This document shows, in pieces, positions 1-8,436 of a stretch of DNA of 64,000 nucleotides. The translations under genes and the position numbers were made by a program. Numbering within the stretch: position 1 is the stretch's first letter; each line of letters opens with the position of its first letter. This DNA comes from Cellvibrionaceae bacterium (GTDB lineage: Bacteria; Pseudomonadota; Gammaproteobacteria; Pseudomonadales; Cellvibrionaceae). Location: assembly GCA_050633365.1 (NCBI GenBank), contig JBOEGJ010000003.1, forward strand, positions 1,172 through 65,171, read 5' to 3'. The notes beneath the pieces were generated by a model, which did no database searches, was not told where the DNA came from, and saw nothing but the letters and a program-made list of their open reading frames with translations.

Positions 1-105
1 AGTGATTAGACGTATCCCATTTTCATTTGGCAGGATAGAATGAGTAGCCGGATAACTATTGCGTGTCCTTTAGCCCAGTAGCCAACCACTACACACGACT
101 CCAAT

Positions 106-405
106 ATGGCCAGTAACGATAGCTCATCCTCATCGATTACCTGCTCGAGCTGTAAAGCCTGTTGCTGTCGTTTAGAGGTGATGATAATTACCGATACCGG
201 TGTACCCGAAGAGTATATTGCCGTTGATGAATGGGGGGCGGAGACCATGTTGCGCCTGGATGACGGTTGGTGCTCCGCCCTCGATAGAGAGACGTATCTG
301 TGTACGGTCTACGACAAAAGACCTTGGATTTGTCGCGAGTTTGAAATGGGCTCCTACGAGTGTGAACAGGAAAGAGCCACAGTTGTGCACATTGTTGAGT
401 CTTAA
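106..405 (+). CDS. YkgJ-family cysteine cluster protein (putative Fe-S/Zn)
   Basis: CSSCKACCC, GWCSALD, LCTVYDKRPWICREF and YEC motifs typical of CxxCxxCC proteins. Confidence 0.85.
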   Translation: MASNDSSSSSITCSSCKACCCRLEVMIITDTGVPEEYIAVDEWGAETMLRLDDGWCSALDRETYLCTVYDKRPWICREFEMGSYECEQERATVVHIVES

Positions 406-439
406 TGGTGCTCGGTAACGCTATCGGCCTCCTGACGCT

Positions 440-598
440 TTAGCTCCCATCGGTGAACACCGGCGTTCTCTTTTCCAATAATGCCATCATCCCCTGTTGG
501 TTTTCACTGCTGCCCAAGGTGTTGATCACCGCTTCACCCTCCCTTACGACAACTTCACGGCTCTGTCAGCTTCGATAAGCTCCGGCGCAGTCGATTTT
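440..598 (-). pseudogene. Remnant of the 3' end of an enoyl-CoA hydratase/isomerase (crotonase) gene
   Basis: Minus frame ending TAA at 442-440 reads REVVVREGEAVINTLGSSENQQGMMALLEKRTPVFTDGS, resembling the crotonase C-terminal E-x2-G-x2-A-x2-EKR-x-P-x-F signature. In-frame TGA at 568-566 and no recognisable N-terminus upstream. Confidence 0.5.
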
Positions 599-1104
599 TT
601 TACACGAAACATCATGTTTAGAGAATGTTGCCGCCCCACAGGACAGGCTTACTACGGCCTGGCTCGTTGCTAACGTTCATCTTGGGGGCTGGTCTTGGCA
701 AGTATTTCCCGCAGCTTGGAGGCAGTGACAGCAATTGGTTAACACTAAATCGCATTGTTGTGTCTAAGTAATTTCATCGGCATAGAGAAATTTACGGATG
801 TTTTCTCTGGGCCAGTAGGCTCTTTGATAATCTGACCGACATGAAGAAACACTAGAAGATATTATTTTGCCGACTTAGACTCAGGTCACAACCCAAACGA
901 AAAAGGCTTCTAGGCGCGCGAGGCAATGGGTTTTGGGGTGTTGGTATTAGATTGAGGCGTTTTTTGTAAAAGCTAATGTCTGATGATTATTTGTTGATTG
1001 GTTTAATTGCTTTTACCTTTTGCCGCTGATTGTAGTAAAACGGATTTTTCTATATCTTCCTTCTATTTTTCCTGTACGTTTACTAATTTTTTTGAGCTAG
1101 GTCG

Positions 1105-1614
1105 ATGATTAAGATACCCAATAAACATAATCTCACACCAATTAGAGTATTTGGGGTTGTCTTTTTGTGTATGGGGTTGGCCGCCGTCTTCACTGAAACC
1201 CCATTCTCAATGGCGCGCTGTGTGGCGGTTGTATTGATTTCCTATATTTTTATAGGGATTTCAATCTCAACAAGTGTAGATTCCAAAAAGGTAGTGAAAA
1301 AACGCGGATGGTTTTTCCCGTTCTTTAAGACTGAGTACAGTCAACTTAAGAGAATAGAGCTTAGATCGAAATACATTTATCAGGAAGGTTATGGTATGCC
1401 ATCCTATTTCGCTTTTTATGTTGGCGTTGTCAATGGCCCGTTTAATCAGTTTGTGGATTTAAGTTGGGGCGTTGAAGAGACTGATGACGGAATGGGCTAT
1501 AGCCAGTTTGTAGATCGTCTAAAACAGTTAACCGGGCTTCCGGTCTCGATTTCAGAAGAGTTTGAGCGAGAGTTCGAGCAGCGCTATGGCTACCCGTTTT
1601 TGGAGCCCGTGTAA
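1105..1614 (+). CDS. Hypothetical membrane protein (two N-terminal TM helices plus soluble domain)
   Basis: 169-aa ORF with two hydrophobic segments; lower GC than flanks; no family recognised. Confidence 0.7.
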   Translation: MIKIPNKHNLTPIRVFGVVFLCMGLAAVFTETPFSMARCVAVVLISYIFIGISISTSVDSKKVVKKRGWFFPFFKTEYSQLKRIELRSKYIYQEGYGMPSYFAFYVGVVNGPFNQFVDLSWGVEETDDGMGYSQFVDRLKQLTGLPVSISEEFEREFEQRYGYPFLEPV

Positions 1615-1622
1615 TTGGCGAA

Positions 1623-1677
1623 CTGGCTATCAATTGCCAATTGGGGTTTTCGTTGGCGATTGATAGTCAGCGTTTTT
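1623..1677. terminator. Long inverted repeat between convergent genes, likely terminator
   Basis: CTGGCTATCAATTGCCAA (1623-1640) pairs with TTGGCGATTGATAGTCAG (1653-1670) with two G-U pairs; followed by CGTTTTT. Confidence 0.55.
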
Positions 1678-1722
1678 CTATATGGCGTTCTTCGATATGG
1701 CGTTTTCTAGATGTTGTCCGAT

Positions 1723-3951
1723 TTACGACGGATCGCTAACTGAATCGGGGTTTATCGGATGCTTACCCAGAGAGCCATAGCTGCGCTCTGACTGATTGCC
1801 GTTGTTGCGACTGGTATCGTTTCTCTGCCACTTGAAAAATCGACCTACCCAAGCGATTAAGGCCTCGGGTTTTCTCGCGCGCTTCCACTCACCGGCGACG
1901 TATTTATTCATCTCGCTCAAGGTTGGATAAATATGAATGGTTCCCAAAATTTTGTTGAGACCAATGCCGTGTTTCATCGCCAGCACATATTCAGCGATTA
2001 AGTCGCCAGCTTGTTCCCCGACGATAGTGACCCCTAGGATTTTGTCTTTCCCAGGTTTGGTCAACACTTTAATAAAGCCGTGAGCTTCTTCATCGGCGAT
2101 TGCGCGGTCCAGCTCTGCGACATCGAAAGTGGTGACTTCGTAGGCGATGTTTTGCTCTTTCGCTTCTTGTTCATTGAGTCCGACTCTGGCCACCTCGGGT
2201 TCTGTGAAGGTTGCCCAAGGGATCACTGAATAATCAACTTTGAACTTCTTAAATCGACCAAATAGCGCGTTGACGGCAGCGTACCACGCTTGGTGGGCCG
2301 AGGTGTGGGTGAATTGATAGGGGCCTACCACGTCGCCTACGGCGTAGATGTTTGGATACTTGGTTTGCAGGTATTCGTTCACCGCCAAAGTACCATTAGG
2401 GTTCGTTTCGACACCGAGCTCTTCTAGGCCAAAGCCTTGGCTGTTCGCGGCTCGACCGACGGCCACCAATACTTGATCAAACTCAATCGATACCAACTCG
2501 CCTTTGTGTTCACAAATTAGTGTCTTGACGCCATTGTCGATTTTGAATTCCAGCGCTTTGTGATCGAGGCGAAGATCTACCCCTTCTTCAACAAATCGTT
2601 TTTGCACGGCGAGGGAAACGTCCTCGTCTTCGCGAATCATCAGCCGTGGAAGCATTTCGATTTGTGTGACTTGGCTGCCCAGACGCGAAAAGCTCTGGGT
2701 TAGTTCGCAACCGATGGGGCCGCCGCCGAGCACAATTAATCGCTCAGGTTGTTGTTGCAATTGCCACAGGTTATCGGAGGTTAAGATATCGATATCTTCA
2801 ATACCTTTGATCGGTGGAACAAACGGGCGAGCGCCGGTGGCGACAACGATATTGCGGGTGGTAATGGTAGTGCCGTTCACCTCGACAGTGTAGGGCGAGG
2901 TGATCTTGCCTTCACCTTCAACCACGTTGACGCCCAGTTCACTGTAGCGCTCGATTGAATCGTGGGGCTCGATGGCTTTTATGATGCGGTGAACACGATT
3001 CATAACATCCGAAAATTCGAAGTTCGCGGTGGCTGTGCTAAACCCCAGAGCCGTTGATCGATTAACGTCGTTCATAAACTTGGCGGAACGAATAATGGCC
3101 TTGGAAGGCACACAGCCAGTATTCAGGCAGTCGCCACCCATTTGATGTTTTTCGATCAGGGTAACTTTGGCGTCTACCACGGCGGCAATGTACGAGGTTA
3201 CCAATCCTCCGGAACCCGCACCCAACACCACAAGATCTTCATCAAAATGTTTGGGTTTACTAAATTCCTTGTAAACTTGACGGCTTTTAATGGCGGCTAA
3301 GGAGCGCTTGGCGATAATCGGAAAGATGCCCAATAATACAAAGGAGGCAATAATCGCGGGGGACAAAATACCGCTGAGCGTTTCGATTTTTGCGATTTGG
3401 GTGCCGGCATTCACAAACACGGCGGTGCCCGCGAGCATCCCCACTTGACTGACCCAGAAGAAGGTTCGTGCGGGCATCTTGGTTAAACCCATAACCAAAT
3501 TAATCACAAAAAATGGAACCACAGGCACTAGGCGCAAAGTAAATAAGTAGAAAGCGCCTTCCTTTTCGATACCGGCATTGATGGACTTTAGTTGATCTGC
3601 AAAGCGCGTTTGAATCGAATCGCGCAGCAGTACCCTTGATACCAGCATGGCCAGTGTTGCGCCGATGGTCGAGGCAAAAGATACGATCAACAGCCCTTCC
3701 ATCAGGCCAAAGATAGCCCCCGCAATGAGCGTCATGATCGCCGCCCCTGGAATCGATAGAGCAGTGACGATCACATAGCCGAGTAAAAACAGCAGGGCAC
3801 TGGTCAAGTGGTTGTTGCTGACGTATTCATTGACCAGACTTTGTTGCGTTTTGAAGTATTCGAGATTCAAATACTGGCTTACATCAAAGTAGTAGATGGC
3901 GAAGAGCGCGGCCGCTAGTGCCATGATCAGAATAATCTTGCCTTTGTTCAT
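1723..3951 (-). CDS. TVP38/TMEM64 (DedA) domain fused to a dihydrolipoamide-dehydrogenase-like FAD/NAD disulfide oxidoreductase
   Basis: N-terminal SIPGA and LRLVPVVPFFVIN DedA motifs; GAGSGG, GGDCLNTGCVPSK redox disulfide, GGGPIG, HIYPT. Confidence 0.9.
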   Translation of the reverse strand: MNKGKIILIMALAAALFAIYYFDVSQYLNLEYFKTQQSLVNEYVSNNHLTSALLFLLGYVIVTALSIPGAAIMTLIAGAIFGLMEGLLIVSFASTIGATLAMLVSRVLLRDSIQTRFADQLKSINAGIEKEGAFYLFTLRLVPVVPFFVINLVMGLTKMPARTFFWVSQVGMLAGTAVFVNAGTQIAKIETLSGILSPAIIASFVLLGIFPIIAKRSLAAIKSRQVYKEFSKPKHFDEDLVVLGAGSGGLVTSYIAAVVDAKVTLIEKHQMGGDCLNTGCVPSKAIIRSAKFMNDVNRSTALGFSTATANFEFSDVMNRVHRIIKAIEPHDSIERYSELGVNVVEGEGKITSPYTVEVNGTTITTRNIVVATGARPFVPPIKGIEDIDILTSDNLWQLQQQPERLIVLGGGPIGCELTQSFSRLGSQVTQIEMLPRLMIREDEDVSLAVQKRFVEEGVDLRLDHKALEFKIDNGVKTLICEHKGELVSIEFDQVLVAVGRAANSQGFGLEELGVETNPNGTLAVNEYLQTKYPNIYAVGDVVGPYQFTHTSAHQAWYAAVNALFGRFKKFKVDYSVIPWATFTEPEVARVGLNEQEAKEQNIAYEVTTFDVAELDRAIADEEAHGFIKVLTKPGKDKILGVTIVGEQAGDLIAEYVLAMKHGIGLNKILGTIHIYPTLSEMNKYVAGEWKRARKPEALIAWVGRFFKWQRNDTSRNNGNQSERSYGSLGKHPINPDSVSDPS

Positions 3952-4016
3952 GCTGTCTCTCGTTGAATGTTAAAGATCGTTGTTTAAACCAAATCGACCA
4001 GCTATCAGAATGCTGT

Positions 4017-4466
4017 TTACTTCGTGTAGAGGGCACTAAATGATTCATAGCGTTGGCGGTTCACGCCCATGTCGGAATAGCCTGCTCGCGACTGCGACCG
4101 AAAATGAACGAGTTGGGTCTGTTCGTCGAGCAAGATTTCCACGTCATCGTGATAGCGCATGGTCGGGGTAGTGAAAATGGTATAGATATAGTGACTCTCT
4201 TGCGTTTGTATTTCGTTATTGCCCATAGCGGCTAACACTTCTGTAACTGCTGCCAAGGTTTGGCTGGTATTTCCTTGGTAGGCGAGCGCTTCAACCTGTT
4301 TGTCCTTTTGCGTGGTCTGGCTCGATACGGCATTTGGTTTCGACGGCATAGGCGCTAGCTTTCCGTTCTTATGGCCGAGGTGAGTCGGCGCTTTCATATT
4401 TTGTAGAGTAAGCATAGCGGCGAAAGCGGCCACTAGCGCGGCAATGATAATAACAGCGGTTTTCAT
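4017..4466 (-). CDS. DUF1499 family protein
   Basis: KPNAVSSQ, YHDDVE and RSQSRAGYSDMGVNRQR motifs; N-terminal membrane anchor. Confidence 0.85.
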   Translation of the reverse strand: MKTAVIIIAALVAAFAAMLTLQNMKAPTHLGHKNGKLAPMPSKPNAVSSQTTQKDKQVEALAYQGNTSQTLAAVTEVLAAMGNNEIQTQESHYIYTIFTTPTMRYHDDVEILLDEQTQLVHFRSQSRAGYSDMGVNRQRYESFSALYTK

Positions 4467-4718
4467 AGAAGCTCTCTTATGAGTGTGGTTAAAGGGTAAA
4501 GTTTAGCGGTATATTAATTTTGCATTATTTAATTGTGTACAATTTAGTTGTTTTTGTCATCGGTGTCAATAAGGTCGTATCGGGGAAACGGTGATAAGGG
4601 GGGCGAGAAAGGTGGGGGCAGATAGAGGCGAAAGGGAAGCAGGTGAGACAGATTCAGGGGGTGGATCGAGTAGATGGATGGCTGCATCCCGGTAGTTGAG
4701 ATTGGGAATTTTAAGGTT

Positions 4719-5594
4719 TTATCGATCGACGCCGGCAAATAAGGCTTCAACAAAACACTTAACGCTGGCGCTTTGCAGCCCGCGGCTGGGTAATATCAAG
4801 TTAAGGTCCACCGGTTGCATGTTGTAGTCGGGCAGCAGAGGCTTGAGACTGCCATCGGCCACAGCGTCTTGGCTGAATAGGTCGGGAAGCATACAAATAC
4901 CCACGCCTTCTAGTGCTAACTTTTTGGCGAAGCTGACGTCGGTCACCTGCACAAAGGGCTGCGGTGAAATTCGATGCTCACGAGATCCCTTCATAAAGGT
5001 CCATTGAGCAGTGTATTCAGAAACTAGGCAGCGATGGGAGCGTAAATCGCTCGGCGCCAAGGGCTCACCGTGTTCCTCTAGATAGCTAGCGCTCGCCAGT
5101 AATCGTCGTGGGCTGCTGATGATCTTTCTGGCGATGAGTGTTGAGTCTTCCAATGCCCCAAAACGAAAGGCGAGATCGAATCCCTCTTTGATCAGATCGA
5201 CGCGATTATTGGCTGAGATAAGCTGCAATTTAACCTTTGGGTAGCGGCGACTGTAATCAATGATCAGCTCGCTGAGGAAGCTCTCTGACATGGCAAACGG
5301 ACAGCTTATCCTAAGCGACCCTTGTGGTTCTTGCTGCAAACCGTGGATGAGTTGAGCTGCGTCTTCTGCGGTTTCAAGCATCTGCTGGCAGCGGGGAAGC
5401 AGTTGCCGGCCTTGTTCTGTGAGCGTGAGCTGACGGGTGGTTCTGTGTAAAAGTTTCACGCCCAGATGTTCTTCTAGCTCGCGAAGCTTCAGGCTAACGG
5501 TGGATTTGGGTAGCTTCAATCGCTCTGCCGCCTTTGAGAAGCTACCGTGAAGGGCGATCTGGGCAAAAATAGCCATGTGGTTGTAAAGTAGCAT
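4719..5594 (-). CDS. LysR-family transcriptional regulator
   Basis: HTH GSFSKAAERLKLPKSTVS, LHRTTRQLTLT and substrate-binding domain; divergent from the GST genes. Confidence 0.95.
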   Translation of the reverse strand: MLLYNHMAIFAQIALHGSFSKAAERLKLPKSTVSLKLRELEEHLGVKLLHRTTRQLTLTEQGRQLLPRCQQMLETAEDAAQLIHGLQQEPQGSLRISCPFAMSESFLSELIIDYSRRYPKVKLQLISANNRVDLIKEGFDLAFRFGALEDSTLIARKIISSPRRLLASASYLEEHGEPLAPSDLRSHRCLVSEYTAQWTFMKGSREHRISPQPFVQVTDVSFAKKLALEGVGICMLPDLFSQDAVADGSLKPLLPDYNMQPVDLNLILPSRGLQSASVKCFVEALFAGVDR

Positions 5595-5698
5595 TGTTCG
5601 TTATCTTGCACAGCTAATTCATATTTTGCATATTATCAGCGGCGCAGTGATGGAGTAAATTGTTTGCTAATGCAATAACTCGCGACAGGAAATCAAAT

Positions 5699-6505
5699 AT
5701 GAACAATGGCAAGGCGCCCGAGCTGCAATTGTGGACCGCAGCCACTCCCAATGGCTGGAAGATTAGTATTCTACTGGAAGAGTTGATTGAGGCCGGTGTG
5801 GTTCTTCCACAGCTCGATGTTCGATCGGTTGATTTGTTTTCTGGCGAGCAGTTTTCCGAAGCCTTTAGCGCCATTAATCCCAATCAAAAAATTCCCGCGT
5901 TAGTTCATGGAAATATCTCGATGATGGAGAGCTGCTCGATACTGCTGTATCTGGCTGAGACATTTCCGTCGCCGCTGCTGCCACAAGGTTCCTCGCGTTG
6001 GTCTGCGATTCAGTGGGTATTTTGGCAGGCGGCCAACTTGGGGCCGACGTTTGGCAACAAGTTGAGCTATACGCGCTATATGGACTCGGTTCCCGAGGCG
6101 CAAAAAGTTCATCCACTGCAGCGCTTTAATGCCGAAGCCCAGCGATTGCTAGGGGTGTTGGACAAACAGTTGCAGTCAGGTGGCCCCTACCTTTGTGGCG
6201 AAAATTTCACCGTTGCGGATATCGCTTGTTACCCTTGGATAAGGGGTTGGAAGTGGAGCAAAATTGATATTACTGGGCATCAATACCTTGTCGCTTGGCT
6301 GGCACGAGTGAGCGCTAGGCCCGGCGTTGAGCGAGGTGTTACCTATGGCGCGCCAAAGGGGCAGGCCCATCAGTGGAATGCCGATATCAAGGAGAAGTAC
6401 CGTCGCGCCGGCAGCCGTATCGCCTCAACCCAAAATATTACGGGGGCTGCGAGGGGCGATAATCTCGGCGATGCAAAGTCTGAACAGGGGGCCTCAAATG
6501 CGTGA
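5699..6505 (+). CDS. Glutathione S-transferase, YfcG/YghU-like
   Basis: TPNGWKISILLEE, INPNQKIPAL, ESCSILLYLAE, ADIACYPW; ATG 5699 follows CAGGA. Confidence 0.9.
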   Translation: MNNGKAPELQLWTAATPNGWKISILLEELIEAGVVLPQLDVRSVDLFSGEQFSEAFSAINPNQKIPALVHGNISMMESCSILLYLAETFPSPLLPQGSSRWSAIQWVFWQAANLGPTFGNKLSYTRYMDSVPEAQKVHPLQRFNAEAQRLLGVLDKQLQSGGPYLCGENFTVADIACYPWIRGWKWSKIDITGHQYLVAWLARVSARPGVERGVTYGAPKGQAHQWNADIKEKYRRAGSRIASTQNITGAARGDNLGDAKSEQGASNA

Positions 6506-7160
6506 AGCGATTTTCTATTTCGATTTCATTTCAAACAACGCCTATCTGGCATGGTCTCAGTTAGAGGCTTTAGGCCGCCGTTACGATCTGCGCATCAAGC
6601 CTGTTCCTGTTTTATTTGCTGGCTTACTGAAGGCCAATAACAACGTTGGGCCGGCGGAAATTGCTGCCAAGCGGCATTGGATGCTGAAGAACATACTGCG
6701 TAAAGCGAACTTGTTGGGGGTGCCCATGCGGCCGCCACTTCACCATCCATTTAATCCATTGCCCGCGCTTCGGGCTTGCACTGCGCCAATGAGTGATGCG
6801 CAGCGATGGGATCTTATCGACAAAATATTCAAAGCCGTTTGGGTCCAACGGCGACATGTCAGCGATTTAGAGGAGCTATCGAAAATCATTGACAGCCTGC
6901 AAGGCGGGGAAGTGATTGATTCGCAGTGGTCGACCTCGTCATTGGCTGCTGAAGCCTTAAAGAGAAATACTCAAGAGGCCGTAGACTTAGGCGCGTTTGG
7001 AATTCCAACGATCATTATTGAAGATGAGCTATTTTTTGGTTATGACGATTTCGAGTTCATTGAACTCTACCTGCAGGACAAAGACCCGATTAATTCCAGG
7101 ATGGTGGCCGACTGGAGTAGCGATATGATAGCGCCGTCTGCGGTACGCAAGCGAGAGTGA
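6498..7160 (+). CDS. 2-hydroxychromene-2-carboxylate isomerase / kappa-GST (DsbA-like fold)
   Basis: FYFDFISNNAYLA, PVLFAGLL, GAFGIPT, ELFFGYD; ATG 6498 overlaps the GST stop by 8 nt. Confidence 0.9.
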   Translation: MREAIFYFDFISNNAYLAWSQLEALGRRYDLRIKPVPVLFAGLLKANNNVGPAEIAAKRHWMLKNILRKANLLGVPMRPPLHHPFNPLPALRACTAPMSDAQRWDLIDKIFKAVWVQRRHVSDLEELSKIIDSLQGGEVIDSQWSTSSLAAEALKRNTQEAVDLGAFGIPTIIIEDELFFGYDDFEFIELYLQDKDPINSRMVADWSSDMIAPSAVRKRE

Positions 7161-7513
7161 AATGTTTCGAGGTATCTTGGTTTTAGGCGCGATAAAGTCT
7201 GATACTTCGATATATTTGATGTCCCTATAAATTATATTTGTCGATAAGTTTGAGCTTTTCTTAGGTTTCTTTGTATTGAAGAAAAGTAGCGATGATAAAA
7301 CCGCTCTTATGTTTGAAAAACTGGAGGGCTTAAGTATTGAGGTGTTCCACCATTGCAGTGCAAACAAACACGGCCCCCAGTGACCGAATCATTTTCTCAT
7401 TTAACGTTAAAACTCTATATTTCAGCTGGGTGGAGAGGAGTTGACATGAGTTGAAAGGAGTTGAAAGGAGTTTGAGATGGCGACGGCCTCATTAGGATAT
7501 CGCCGGTAACATC

Positions 7514-8365
7514 TTAACGAATGTGATTGTTTGAGTAAGCCGCAGCCTTATTCGCGTGTTGGAAATCTCCGTCGAATTTTCCATTAGCCAGAAAATGGTG
7601 AACCTGAGCTAGCACGGCTGGGTTGCGCATCATAAAGGTGTGGGTAGTTGGCAGTATCAGGTGGTCCGCCATGCCGTCGAGCTTGGTGCTTTCAATGGTG
7701 ACTTTGCCGTCGTCTTGACCGGGCAAGAGCAGCGACAAAATCGGATTGATACTTTTACTGCCAGCAATAATACCCAGCTCAACATCGATTCTTTTTAGCC
7801 TGTTCGGTGTGCTGTTCTCATCGGTGCCGAGTTGTCGGCCGGCAAAACCGTTAAGAGTGTTGAACCCGGGAATGGTGACAAACTTATCGACCAATTCACT
7901 GCCTTGATTGGGCGGCCCTAACATAACCACTCGACCAATTTTTGCTCTCTGATTCGGAGACACACTTTGCGCTTGCTGTAGGTACTGTCTCACCAGGATA
8001 CCGCCCAGAGAGTGAGTGACGAAATGGATTTCGTTTGAACCTTGAGGACACTGGCCGAGGGCGCTATCGATGGCCCGCGGGGCAAGCTGCTCGATAGGAG
8101 CGTCGAGTGAGTTGTATTCACTGTTTACCACATAGTACCCCTCATGGCTGAGCGACTTTTTCAGCGGCGTCATGGAATGATGGCTGCGCGCGAGACCGTG
8201 TAACAGCACCACGCAATCATTTTGTGTTGCGTCGGCTTGTACATGTGCTTCTGATTTGTCGATCGCGGCAGCTGCGACTGTTGGAACCACGACGCAGCCG
8301 CTAAACGTCACCATCAACAGGATTTTTAGCTTCTTCGTCAGTTCTGCCTTAAATCCGGCTTTCAT
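7514..8365 (-). CDS. Exported alpha/beta hydrolase (esterase/lipase-like)
   Basis: LLHGL, VTHSLGG nucleophile elbow, LGPPNQGSE, DDGKV, HTFM; N-terminal signal-like segment; start at 8365 preferred over 8449. Confidence 0.85.
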   Translation of the reverse strand: MKAGFKAELTKKLKILLMVTFSGCVVVPTVAAAAIDKSEAHVQADATQNDCVVLLHGLARSHHSMTPLKKSLSHEGYYVVNSEYNSLDAPIEQLAPRAIDSALGQCPQGSNEIHFVTHSLGGILVRQYLQQAQSVSPNQRAKIGRVVMLGPPNQGSELVDKFVTIPGFNTLNGFAGRQLGTDENSTPNRLKRIDVELGIIAGSKSINPILSLLLPGQDDGKVTIESTKLDGMADHLILPTTHTFMMRNPAVLAQVHHFLANGKFDGDFQHANKAAAYSNNHIR

Positions 8366-8436
8366 TTTTTCTTCCAAGGTCAGTATTAAAGTTTGGCTAC
8401 AGAGTTGAGACGGTATTCGCTGTATCATTTTTTGTA

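Noticed and set aside
1723-3300. Mercuric reductase (MerA)
   Set aside because: No C-terminal vicinal Cys pair, no NmerA domain and no mer genes nearby
4544-4753. 69-aa Pro-rich ORF and possible G-quadruplex
   Set aside because: The ORF is a by-product of a G-rich strand; the G-runs are separated by loops of 10-20 nt, too long for a confident G4 call
7029-7367. 112-aa minus-strand ORF
   Set aside because: Overlaps the isomerase gene antisense, has no recognisable motif and lies in AT-rich DNA
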